DNA of 64,000 bases from an uncultured Alphaproteobacteria bacterium (GTDB lineage: Bacteria > Pseudomonadota > Alphaproteobacteria > Rhizobiales > Hyphomicrobiaceae). Both the position numbers and the translations under genes were made by a program. This document shows, piece after piece, positions 20,755 to 30,349 of this stretch; positions within the stretch are counted from its first letter, which is position 1, and each line of letters opens with the position of its first letter. The notes under the pieces are model-generated. The model saw only the letters and a program-made list of their open reading frames with translations. It was not told the origin of the DNA and searched no databases. Where the stretch lies: the NCBI GenBank assembly GCA_963759735.1, contig CAVXAF010000002.1, forward strand, positions 58,255 to 122,254, read 5' to 3'.

Positions 20755-21603
20755 ATGATCGGCGTCTTCGACTCAGGCCTGGGCGGATTGACGGTGCTGC
20801 GCGCGCTTGTCGATCGCTTTCCCAACAGCCCTTTTCTATACCTCGGCGATCACGCCCACGTTCCCTACGGCGACCGGTCGTCCGCCGAGATCATCGACCT
20901 GACGCGCGCCTGCGTGGAAGCGCTGTTCGGTCAGGGCTGCAAACTCGTCCTGCTCGGCTGCAATACGGCGACTGCGGTTGCGGCTCGCCACCTGCAGCAG
21001 AACTGGCTGCCGACCAGCGAATGGCGCGGCCGCAACGTGCTCGGCATCGTGGCGCCGACCGTCGAGGCCGCCACGCAGACGCCGTGGGCCGTTTCAGGCC
21101 CGCAGTATCCCCAGAAGTACAACACCGATCTCATCGGCGTGTTCGGGACGACGCGTACCATCACCTCCGGCGTCTATCCCGAGGAGATCCGCAAGCGCTG
21201 TCCGCGCGTCACCGTCGTGCAGCAGATCTGCTCGCGGCTGGCGGGCGCGATCGAGGAGGAAGCTCCCGAGGCGGAACTCGAGGCCCTGGTCGAGGAAGGC
21301 ATCAGCGGGCTGATGACGCAGACCAACGGCGTGCCGCCGCACCGCGCCATTCTCGGCTGCACGCACTTCCCCCTGGTGGAGCACCTCTTCCGCCGCCACC
21401 TGCCGCCGTTCACGCGCATTCTTTCACAGCCCGACGTCGTCGCCGACAGTCTCGAGGACTATCTGGCGCGCCATCAGCATTACCTTGCTGGCGACAGCGG
21501 GCCGTCGTTGACCCTCATGACGACCGGCAACCCGCACGAGATCAGTGCCCGCGCTCGCGTCTTCTGGCCCGAGGTCGGGTCGTTTGAGCTGCCGGCGGCC
21601 TGA
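20755..21603 (+). CDS. murI: Glutamate racemase
   Basis: MIGVFDSGLGG, PYG, GCNT and GCTHFP catalytic Cys motifs. Confidence 0.92.
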   Translation: MIGVFDSGLGGLTVLRALVDRFPNSPFLYLGDHAHVPYGDRSSAEIIDLTRACVEALFGQGCKLVLLGCNTATAVAARHLQQNWLPTSEWRGRNVLGIVAPTVEAATQTPWAVSGPQYPQKYNTDLIGVFGTTRTITSGVYPEEIRKRCPRVTVVQQICSRLAGAIEEEAPEAELEALVEEGISGLMTQTNGVPPHRAILGCTHFPLVEHLFRRHLPPFTRILSQPDVVADSLEDYLARHQHYLAGDSGPSLTLMTTGNPHEISARARVFWPEVGSFELPAA

Positions 21604-21609
21604 GCTGCC

Positions 21610-21885
21610 TCAACGCTCGGCGCGCGCAAACACGTCCATCAACTCGGCCACCTTGCGGCGTTGCTCATCGCCATCGCCGCTGGCGATGGCGTGCTCGACG
21701 CAATGGGCAACGTGATCGCGCAGCACCTCGTCCTCGACGCGGCGCAGGGCGGCGCGAATGGCCGATATCTGCGTCAACACATCAATGCAGTAACGATCCT
21801 CGGCGACCATGCGGGCAACGCCGCGGACTTGGCCTTCGATGCGGCCGAGACGCTTCTGACATGAGGTTTTTGCTGCAGGCTGCAT
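21610..21885 (-). CDS. csoR: Copper-sensing repressor, CsoR family
   Basis: RLGRIEGQVRG, YCIDVLTQ and H-x3-C (HVAHC) Cu(I) ligand set; divergent from a Cu ATPase. Confidence 0.9.
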   Translation of the reverse strand: MQPAAKTSCQKRLGRIEGQVRGVARMVAEDRYCIDVLTQISAIRAALRRVEDEVLRDHVAHCVEHAIASGDGDEQRRKVAELMDVFARAER

Positions 21886-21893
21886 GTTTGACC

Positions 21894-21912
21894 TATACCC
21901 CCCAGGGGTATA
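21894..21912. promoter_or_regulatory. CsoR operator
   Basis: Perfect inverted repeat TATACCCC-CCA-GGGGTATA between csoR and copA; matches the C-tract/G-tract architecture of CsoR operators. Confidence 0.85.
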
Positions 21913-21953
21913 CATAGTCAATCACACCTCCGCTTCCGCCCATGGAGCATTCC

Positions 21954-24344
21954 ATGACCGACCACACTCATCATCAACCGCCCGGCCACGATGCAAAGCA
22001 CGCCGGCTGCTGCTCGGGCACGCCAAAGGCGCCCGCGGCTGAGCACGCCATGGCCAAGGATCCGGTGTGTGGGATGAACGTCGACCCGCACGACGCCAAG
22101 CACCGCGCCGAGCATGGCGGGCGCACCTATTACTTCTGCTCCGCCGGCTGCCGCACCAAATTCATCGCCGACCCAGGCAAGTACCTGAGCAAGGACGAGC
22201 GGCCGGTCGATCCCGTGCCCGAGGGCGCGATCTACACCTGTCCGATGCATCCGCAGATCCAGCAGATCGGACCCGGTTCGTGCCCCATCTGCGGCATGGC
22301 GCTGGAGCCCGAGCTGATAACCGCCGGCGATCATGGCCCGCACCCCGAACTCGTCGACATGCAGCGCCGCTTCTGGATCGGCCTGGCGCTGGCGCTGCCG
22401 GTGTTCGTTCTCGAGATGGGCAGCCATCTGCTTGGCTGGCACCACTACCTCGCCCCGTCGCTTTCCAACTGGCTGCAGCTGCTGCTCGCGACGCCAGTCG
22501 TGCTGTGGGCCGGGTGGCCGTTCTTCGAGCGCGCCTGGCAATCGCTGCAGACGCGCAACCTCAACATGTTCACCCTCATCGCCATGGGCACGGGTGTTGC
22601 CTGGACGTACAGCGTCGTCGCGACGCTCGCTCCCGGTATTTTCCCGGCGGCGTTCCGCGGTCACGACGGCGCTGTTGCCGTCTATTTCGAGGCCGCCGCG
22701 GTCATCACGGTCCTGGTGTTGCTTGGGCAAGTTCTGGAGCTGCGGGCACGCGAGCAGACGTCGGGTGCCATTCGCGCCCTTCTCGACCTGGCGCCAAAGA
22801 CGGCTCGCCGCGTTATGGCCGACGGCGCGGACGAGGATGTGCCGCTCGATGCTGTGCGCGTCGGCGACCTGTTGCGCGTGCGCCCGGGCGAGAAGGTCCC
22901 GGTCGATGGAGCCCTGACAGAGGGCCGGTCCTCGCTCGATGAGTCGTTGGTCACCGGCGAATCCATGCCCGTCACCAAGGGGCCGGGCGACAAGCTGATT
23001 GCGGGGACGCTCAACCAGTCTGGCTCTTTCGTCATGCGCGCCCAGAAGGTGGGTCGCGATACGATGCTGTCGCAGATCGTGCAGATGGTGGCGCAGGCGC
23101 AGCGCTCACGGGCGCCCATCCAACGTCTCGCCGATCAGGTCTCCGGCTGGTTCGTGCCACTGGTGATCGCCGTCGCGATCCTCGCTTTTATCGCCTGGGC
23201 GATGTTCGGTCCCGAACCGCGCTTCGCCTACGGTCTCATCGCCGCCGTCTCGGTCCTGATTATCGCTTGTCCCTGCGCGCTCGGCCTCGCCACGCCGATG
23301 TCGATCATGGTGGGAGTCGGGCGCGGCGCCCAGGTCGGCGTGTTGATCAAGAACGCCGAAGCGCTGGAGCGCATGGAGAAGGTCGATACGCTCGTCGTCG
23401 ACAAGACGGGCACCCTGACCGAGGGCAAACCCAAGGTCGTGGGCGTCGTTGCTGCCGATGGGTTCGATGAAGCGAACGTGCTCAGGCTCGCCGCCAGCGT
23501 CGAGGTGGCCAGCGAGCATCCGCTGGCTACGGCGATCGTCGCCGCTGCCAAGGGCCGCAACATCGAACTCGTCCCCGTCACGGACTTTGACTCCCCGACC
23601 GGCAAAGGCGCCGTCGGCACGGTCGAGCGCCAGCGCGTGGCGCTCGGCAATCCACGGTTCCTGGCCGAACTCAACATCGCGACGCAAGCTCTGGAGCCGC
23701 AGGCAGAGACGTTCCGCAGCGACGGCGCGACGTCGATATTCATAGCGGTCGACGGCAAGCTGGCCGGCGTCATTGCCATCGCTGATCCGATCAAGGCCTC
23801 GACACTGGCGGCGCTCGAGGCGCTGCGTGCCGAAGGCCTGCGCATCGTCATGCTGACGGGCGACAATCGCACGACGGCGGAGGCCATCGCTCGGCGGCTG
23901 GGGATCGAGGAGATCGCGGCCGAGGTGCTCCCCGATCAGAAGAGTGCCGTGGTCGAGAAGCTGCAAAAGGAAGGACGCGTCGTCGCCATGGCCGGTGACG
24001 GCGTCAATGACGCGCCCGCGCTCGCCGCCGCCGATGTCGGCATCGCCATGGGTACGGGCACGGACGTCGCGATCGAGAGTGCCGGAATAACGCTGCTACA
24101 GGGCGATTTGCAGGGCATCGTGCGGGCGCGCCGGCTATCGGAAGCGGTGATGCGCAACATTCGCCAGAACCTGTTCTTCGCCTTCATCTATAACGGCGCG
24201 GGCGTGCCGATCGCGGCCGGTATCCTCTACCCCGCTTTCGGCATACTGCTGTCGCCGATCGTTGCTGCTGCGGCGATGGCACTGTCTTCGGTGAGCGTCA
24301 TCGCCAATGCCCTGCGCCTGCGCGCCGTGAAGCTCGGCGCTTAG
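21954..24344 (+). CDS. copA: Copper-translocating P1B-type ATPase with YHS and heavy-metal-binding domains
   Basis: KDPVCGM..YFCS (YHS), YTCPMHP..CPICGM, IACPCAL, DKTGT, GDGVND, YN and MALSS; GGAG RBS before ATG 21954. Confidence 0.95.
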   Translation: MTDHTHHQPPGHDAKHAGCCSGTPKAPAAEHAMAKDPVCGMNVDPHDAKHRAEHGGRTYYFCSAGCRTKFIADPGKYLSKDERPVDPVPEGAIYTCPMHPQIQQIGPGSCPICGMALEPELITAGDHGPHPELVDMQRRFWIGLALALPVFVLEMGSHLLGWHHYLAPSLSNWLQLLLATPVVLWAGWPFFERAWQSLQTRNLNMFTLIAMGTGVAWTYSVVATLAPGIFPAAFRGHDGAVAVYFEAAAVITVLVLLGQVLELRAREQTSGAIRALLDLAPKTARRVMADGADEDVPLDAVRVGDLLRVRPGEKVPVDGALTEGRSSLDESLVTGESMPVTKGPGDKLIAGTLNQSGSFVMRAQKVGRDTMLSQIVQMVAQAQRSRAPIQRLADQVSGWFVPLVIAVAILAFIAWAMFGPEPRFAYGLIAAVSVLIIACPCALGLATPMSIMVGVGRGAQVGVLIKNAEALERMEKVDTLVVDKTGTLTEGKPKVVGVVAADGFDEANVLRLAASVEVASEHPLATAIVAAAKGRNIELVPVTDFDSPTGKGAVGTVERQRVALGNPRFLAELNIATQALEPQAETFRSDGATSIFIAVDGKLAGVIAIADPIKASTLAALEALRAEGLRIVMLTGDNRTTAEAIARRLGIEEIAAEVLPDQKSAVVEKLQKEGRVVAMAGDGVNDAPALAAADVGIAMGTGTDVAIESAGITLLQGDLQGIVRARRLSEAVMRNIRQNLFFAFIYNGAGVPIAAGILYPAFGILLSPIVAAAAMALSSVSVIANALRLRAVKLGA

Positions 24345-24686
24345 CGTCGCTTCGCGTGTGGCAGCGTCCGCAAAAGGACAGCGAACTAATCCCCGCCCCC
24401 TCACCGCTAGGGCACACTCTCCCCATCCCGCCCCGCTGAGGGGTCGATCTCGAGACGTACCTGTATCGAGGGCGGGCTGCAGTGTCGGGTACTGGCACCA
24501 TAACGTGTGGGGCCACTGCCTGAGGCTCGCCGCGCCCACCGACTGCAATGTCGGAGGAGGAAACTCCTGAAACGCCGCGGGTATGCCTTAAATCCTGCCG
24601 CGGGGCGGCAAGGTGCCGCTCAAAAAAACAAAATGCTTCGCGGCCCTCCCGCCCCGCAGCCCCTCTTTAGTTGCGCCAACCGACTT

Positions 24687-24875
24687 GCACTCCGGCGAGC
24701 CGGCCGGTTGGCGCGTGGAAGTTGGCGAGCCGACCGGTGCATGCCGAGCATGGCAAGGATCGCGAGGCGCGTGGGCACTTCGGCGAGCCGGCCGGTCCAT
24801 GCGGAGCATTGCAGGGATCGAGCCGCGTGCGCACTCCGGCGATCCGGCCGGTCCGTGCGGAGCATGGCAGGGATC
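24687..24875. repeat. Degenerate tandem repeat: 3 full and 1 partial copy of a ~38-bp core
   Basis: Core GGCGA(G/T)CCG(G/A)CCGGT(C/G)C(A/G)TGC(G/C)GAGCAT(G/T)GCA(G/A)GGATC starts at 24724, 24782 and 24838; a partial copy starts at 24694. Confidence 0.9.
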
Positions 24876-24990
24876 CCGGACGCACGGAGCTCTTTGAATG
24901 CCTCGGGGCGGACGCTCGCAGGACCATCGGCATATCAATCGGCCGGCGATGCGCGCTGCCATCGCCGGCCTTTTCGTGCAGTGCCGGAGC

Positions 24991-26499
24991 TTACTGGCTC
25001 GGCATGGTGTTGAAGCGGGCCTTCTGCTCGTCGGTGAGCGAGTTGTAGAAGCCGGACAGTGCCGGCCGCACTTCGTTCATCGCAGTCACCGTCGCCTTGA
25101 GACGCTTGTCCATGGCGTCGAGGCGAGCCTCGGTCGTCGATGGGATCTGGCCCGGGCACGTCGCCTGCAGCATAGCAGCCGCCTTGGCCGATGCGCTGTC
25201 CAGCGCATCAAGAGCTGCCTTCTGCTTATCGTCCGGATCGACCGTCGCGATGATCTCCTGCGTCGGTACGTTGACGAACTCCTCGTTCTGCGTCGAGCAC
25301 AAGCCGGCGGTGCTGGCCGCCTTGCCACCGCCGAGCGCATCGAGCTGCTGGCGCTGCTCGTCCGACAGCGAACCGTCGAACTTGGTCAGCGGCGCGCGCA
25401 CGAGATCGATGCCCTGGACCATGGCGTCGAGTCGCTTCTGCAGCGCATCCAGGCGACCGACTGGCGTCAAAGGCGGGGCGCTCGGGCACGATGCCTTGAG
25501 AATGTCCTCGGCCTTGCCGGATGCAGCTTGCAACTGCTTCAGGTCGGCGAGCTGCTCGCCCGTCGGCTTGACGCTGGATTGGATCTTGTCGATCGGCAGG
25601 CTGGAGACGCCCGGAGCAAAGCCGCTGCAGGTGGCAAGGTCCTGGCCCTGGCTGTCGTCGGAGGCGGCGGCTTGCTTCTGGCTGTCGCTGCCATCGGCTG
25701 GGCCGGCACTGTAGACGTCCTGATGCGACTGACGCGCGTAGGTGTAGTTGTTGTCGGACTGCGTCCACGCCGTAGCGCCGTAGCCGCCCGACGGCCAGGC
25801 GTAGGCGCCGTTCGGCCAGAACAGCCCGCCCATGATGTAGTCGACGTTGTAGTTCCAGAACGGCGCGGTATCAGCGTAGGGCCACCAGGCGAAGGACCAC
25901 ATGTCGCCCCAGGCGAACGGCCAGAAGACCGGGCCGACCCAGCCGAAGCGGCAGTTGTAGCAGTTGAAATTCCGCGCGTTCCAGCGGTCGTTCCAGAACG
26001 CATTGTGGTCCCAGCGACCGGCATTCACCGGCTGATGCCAGTTGTTCCAGTGTTGGGCGAGGTCGTCGCGATGGTCGGCGTTGCGATCATCGGCGTTGCG
26101 GTGATCGTCCGCGGCGCGATCTGCGGCAGGATGGTCGGCATGATCGTCGGCGCGATGATCATCGGCACGATGGTCGTCGTCGGCGCGGTGGTCGTCGGCG
26201 CGGGCGCGATCATCGCCATGGTCGGCAGGACGTTGATCGTCGGCGCGATGATCCTCGGCAGGGCGGCGATCGTCCATGCGCGGCTCGCGCATTTCCGGAC
26301 GGAAATCGCGCATGCCGCCACCGAAGTCACGGCCGCCGCCGAAGTCGCGCATCCCGCCGCCGAAATGACCGCCGCCAAAGCCTCCGCCAAAGTGACCGCC
26401 GCCCCCGAACCCGCCGCCGCGCGCGAACGCGTCGCTGGACAGTCCAAGAGCGCTAGCCGCAATGCCTGCGACCAAAGCCAGAGCCGAGGTGCGAATCAT
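24991..26499 (-). CDS. Spy/CpxP-family (LTXXQ) periplasmic chaperone with Gly-rich and His/Asp-rich N-terminal repeats
   Basis: GGAGG RBS, signal peptide, FGWVGPVFWP segment, repeated LTPVGRLD / LSDEQRQQL / LTDEQKARF helical modules. Confidence 0.8.
   Translation of the reverse strand: MIRTSALALVAGIAASALGLSSDAFARGGGFGGGGHFGGGFGGGHFGGGMRDFGGGRDFGGGMRDFRPEMREPRMDDRRPAEDHRADDQRPADHGDDRARADDHRADDDHRADDHRADDHADHPAADRAADDHRNADDRNADHRDDLAQHWNNWHQPVNAGRWDHNAFWNDRWNARNFNCYNCRFGWVGPVFWPFAWGDMWSFAWWPYADTAPFWNYNVDYIMGGLFWPNGAYAWPSGGYGATAWTQSDNNYTYARQSHQDVYSAGPADGSDSQKQAAASDDSQGQDLATCSGFAPGVSSLPIDKIQSSVKPTGEQLADLKQLQAASGKAEDILKASCPSAPPLTPVGRLDALQKRLDAMVQGIDLVRAPLTKFDGSLSDEQRQQLDALGGGKAASTAGLCSTQNEEFVNVPTQEIIATVDPDDKQKAALDALDSASAKAAAMLQATCPGQIPSTTEARLDAMDKRLKATVTAMNEVRPALSGFYNSLTDEQKARFNTMPSQ
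26062..26265 (-). repeat. Coding low-complexity (R)ADDH repeat
   Basis: 68 codons containing 9 His and about 24 Asp. Confidence 0.85.
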
Positions 26500-26871
26500 G
26501 TTGTTCCTCCGGAGTACGCCTGTCGCTGCGGCCGTGGCCGGCGACTTATCGATTGGATACCCGGCAAGGTATGACGAGAGCCTCAGCGCCACGGGGCGAC
26601 CTCGGACCAGGGAAAACAAAACCTTCATGGGGAGGCCGCAAATATCTTCGCAGCGGCAAGACCTCTTCAACGGGTGCGCAATGGGCCTTCAAGAGGGTTC
26701 AAGCGCGGTTTACGGCCGCTGCAACGGGGTTCATGCACTCTGGTTTGCCCATTTCCAGCCCGCGGTGCCATTTACCACTGGTGCCGGGGGGCCTGGGGCA
26801 CGATATGAGGCTGCCGGCGGGGATGACTTCCCGCCATATGATCTGCCGAACGCGCGCAACCGAGAGCCAAG

Positions 26872-27895
26872 ATGCTGCCTGACGTGACCAAAACGACGAT
26901 CACCGTTCCGCCCGAGTGGGCGCTGCTGAAGGCGGTGTGGACGGCGTGGCCGGCCGCAGCGGACGAGTGGAACGGCGACCTCGAGGCGCCGCGCCGCGAC
27001 GTGGCCGCGCTGGTGCGCGCGCTCGCCGAGGCAACGAAGGTGCATCTGCTGGTCAACGGCGCGGAGGCCGAAGCATCGGCGCGCGCGGCCCTCGGCGGCG
27101 CCGCCGAGCTGGTGCCGGCCCGCTACGGCGACATCTGGCTGCGCGACACCGGACCCATATTTGCGCGCACGCACCTGGGGCCCGTGGCCCTGCGCTTTGC
27201 CACCAACAGCTGGGGCGGCAAGTACGACCTGCCCGATGACGCCACGGTCGGCGATGAGATCGCGCGCGTCGCCGAGACGGCGATCCGCCGCTTCGATTTC
27301 GTGCTGGAGGGCGGCGCTGTCGACCACGACGGCGAAGGCACCATCCTCACCACGCGGCAGACGCTGCTCAATCCCAACCGCAACGGCTGGACGAAGGAGC
27401 ATGGCCGAGGCGGCGCTTATCGAAGCTTTCGGCGCCAAGAAGGTCATCTGGATCGATGAGGGCCTGAAGAACGATCACACCGACGGGCACATCGACAACA
27501 TCGCGCGCTTCGTCGGACCCGGGCGCGTCGTTTGCCAGGCGCCGGCCGGCGATGACGATCCCAACGCCCCGACGCTCAATGCCATCGCGGCAACTCTTGA
27601 AGCAGCCACGGACGCTTCGGGGCGCAAGCTGGAGGTGACGCGCATCCCCGGCGTCGGACTTTATCGCAACGCGCTCGGCGATATCTCGCCGGCCTCGCAC
27701 ATGAACTTCGTCATCGCCAACGGCGTCGTCGTCGTGCCGGTCTACGGCACGCCGAGCGAGGAAGCAGCGCTCGCCGGCTTGCAGGCGGTGTTCCCCGACC
27801 ACAACGTTATTGGAGTCCCTTCGCAGGGCCTGCTCGGCTGCGGTACCGCGGGCGGCGGCTCATTCCACTGCATCACCCAGCAGGAACCGCGCTAA
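26872..27895 (+). CDS. aguA: Agmatine deiminase, split by a +1 frameshift at ~27400
   Basis: DIWLRDTGP, EGGAVDHDG, DHTDGHIDN, GGSFHCITQQ; removing C27400 restores the frame. Confidence 0.9.
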
Positions 27896-27896
27896 G

Positions 27897-28757
27897 ATGC
27901 CCAACCGCACGCTGACCGTCGCCGCCATCCAGACCTGGTACGGCCACGACCTGCGCGACAACATCGCCCGGACGGAAGCATTCGTGCGCGAAGCGGCCAA
28001 GGCCGGCGCGCAAGTTGTGCTGCCTTCGGAACTGTTCCAGGGGATTTATTTCTGCTCGCAGCAGGATCCCAAGTGGTTCACCACGGCCTATTCCGTGGCC
28101 GAGCACCCGTGCGTCGTTGCCTTGGCCAAGCTCGCCGCCGAGCTGCGCATCGTTATTCCGATCTCGTTCTTCGAAAAGGACGGACCGCGCTTTTACAACA
28201 GCGTCGCCGTCGCCGACACGGACGGCAGCATCTTGGGTGTCTACCGCAAGAGCCACATCCCCGACGGCCCGGGTTATCAGGAGAAGTATTATTTCCGTCC
28301 CGGCGACACCGGCTTCAAGGCGTGGAAAACCCAGGCCGGCACAATCGGCGTCGGCATCTGCTGGGACCAGTGGTTCCCCGAGTGCGCGCGCGCCATGGCG
28401 CTGGCCGGCGCCGAGGTGCTCTTTTATCCGACCGCCATCGGCTCTGAGCCCTACGATGCAGCCCTCGATACGCACCTGCAGTGGCAGCGCGCGATGCAGG
28501 GCCATGCGGTCGCCAATGCCATGCCCGTCGTTGCCGCCAATCGTATCGGGCTGGAAGACAACGACGGCGTCAAGCAGCGGTTCTACGGCCACTCGTTCAT
28601 TGCCGATCATCGCGGCGAGATCGTCGAGGCGTTCGGCGCTCACGAGGAAGGCGTGCTGGCCCACACGTTCGATCTCGACGAGATCGAGAGCTATCGCGCC
28701 GACTGGGGGTTCTTCCGCGACCGCCGGGCCGACCTCTACGCCAAGAGCATCGTCTGA
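27897..28757 (+). CDS. aguB: N-carbamoylputrescine amidase
   Basis: ELFQG, YRKSHIPDGPGYQEKYYF, GICWDQWFPE (E-K-C triad). Confidence 0.95.
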   Translation: MPNRTLTVAAIQTWYGHDLRDNIARTEAFVREAAKAGAQVVLPSELFQGIYFCSQQDPKWFTTAYSVAEHPCVVALAKLAAELRIVIPISFFEKDGPRFYNSVAVADTDGSILGVYRKSHIPDGPGYQEKYYFRPGDTGFKAWKTQAGTIGVGICWDQWFPECARAMALAGAEVLFYPTAIGSEPYDAALDTHLQWQRAMQGHAVANAMPVVAANRIGLEDNDGVKQRFYGHSFIADHRGEIVEAFGAHEEGVLAHTFDLDEIESYRADWGFFRDRRADLYAKSIV

Positions 28758-30249
28758 TCAGACGGCTGCGGCGCTGCTGAGCAACTTCGCGAAGTAGCTG
28801 GACAGCAGGCGATTGCCGGGATCGCGCGCCGCCCGCGCCCGCGCGAACTCGTTCCAGCGGTCGCCGAAGGCCTTGGCGACTTGATCGGGCGTTAGATGCT
28901 TCGTCTGATTGAACAACGGATGGCCGTTGTGGGCGCTGGAGAATTCGTTGAACGCCTTGAGAAATTCGTCCCAGCCAGGGCCGCCCGTCGACACCGGATC
29001 GATACTGATGCCCGGCGCATCGTGCGTGAACGACAGCAGTGCATTCTTGTCGGCGACCATGCGATAGCCGACCGCCGGTAGGTCGCAGCGAAAGCCGGTA
29101 CGCTCGGCGTGCTCGTGGCAGAAGCGGGTGTAGGCGGCCAGCGTCTCGAAAAATTGCGTCTCGTCAAACGACCACATCGAGAACACGAACTTGTAGGCGC
29201 CGGGCTTCTCCTGATGGCGAATGATCTGCCGCTGCGGCAGCGTTGCCTTGCCGCCGACGAGCAGGCACGTCCAGCGCCTGATCGACTGATCAAGGATGGC
29301 GCGCACGCGGTGCTCGACCGCGCGACTGGGTGCGGCGCGCGCGATCATGATCGTCAACATCGGTCCCGAGCCGCCGCCAGAAGGCGTTGCGCAGCCACCA
29401 GAACCCGGACGAGGTCGGCTTCACGCCCCGCAGCTCGCGCCGCTCCTCGACCATCACCTTTTCGGCGAACGGGTAGATGTACATCATCAAGGCGTTGCGC
29501 TCAGCGACGAGTGCCGGCATGGCGGCGCGGAAAGCGTCAAACGTATAGGTGCGATGGCGCGCGTAGAGGGAGGTAAGCGGCTTGGTGCGCAGGGTTACCT
29601 CGACGATGACGCCGAGCAGCCCGTAGCTGGAACGCAGCAGTCGCATCTCATCGCCGTGCTCTCTCTCGTTGTAGGTGGTGACCGTGCCGTCGGGTCTCAC
29701 CAGCTTGAGGGCGGAGACGAACGAGCTGATCTGGCCCCAGTGCGAGGTGCCGATCAGCGAGCTGTCCTTGGTTGCGGCGCAGGCGACGGCCCCGAGCGTG
29801 ACCGTCCCGATCTCGGTGTTGATATGAAATTGCCGGTCGTGGCGCGCCAGCTCGTCGGCGACATCGATGTAAAGGGCGCCCGCCTCGGCGGTGACGAAGT
29901 CGTGCCCGATCTCGATGATGCGCGTCATGCCCGTCATGTCGAGCATGGTGCCGCCATCGTCGGCCGAGCATGGCGCGGGCGAATGCAACTTGCCGACCGC
30001 CCGCACGGGCGATGGATAGCGCACCGCGTCGGTCACCACCTGCACCACCTCATCGATGGTTTGCGGGCGCACGACGACGGCTGGACGATAGGTGACGCCG
30101 CCCTCCCAGTTGGTGATCGCATCGGAGGTGGCGAGGGAGACCGGTGCGGCCGAGGCTGTGCGGCTGGCGACAAAAGTGCTGTGCGTGGCGAGCTTCAGCA
30201 GCATCGCGACGTGCGGCGCCATCGCCAACTGCGGCACCAAGGATTTCAT
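28758..30249 (-). CDS. FAD-linked oxidase (ALO/gulonolactone oxidase-like), frameshift at ~29366
   Basis: TNWEGGVTYRP..VVRPQT, RAVGKLHS, AEAGA, GTVTLGAVAC, SYGLLGVIVEVTL; C-terminal DPGNRLLSSY; the two ORFs join if one base of CCC 29365-29367 is removed; start uncertain. Confidence 0.75.
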
Positions 30250-30349
30250 GCAGGCCCCCACCGCGACGCCATCATGCGCGGCTTTTAATGGCACAGCTTA
30301 GCGCGGGTAATTGCAGATGCCGACCTGCGCGGCGGCCTATTGGACGTTC

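Noticed and set aside
24687-24875. Repeat array as a CRISPR locus
   Set aside because: The intervening segments are only 18-20 nt and similar to each other (GCGTGGGCACTTC vs GCGTGCGCACTCC), the repeats are degenerate, and there are no cas genes in the window.
24613-24897. ORF-track entry labelled minus strand (MPLKKTK...)
   Set aside because: The peptide translates from the plus strand (GTG at 24613), so the label appears wrong. It has no RBS and its repeats simply reflect the DNA repeat; not called a gene.
26500-26871. Guanidine or polyamine riboswitch upstream of aguA
   Set aside because: No ykkC or tandem ACGR-loop motifs were seen; only one short hairpin (GCGGGGATGACTTCCCGC).
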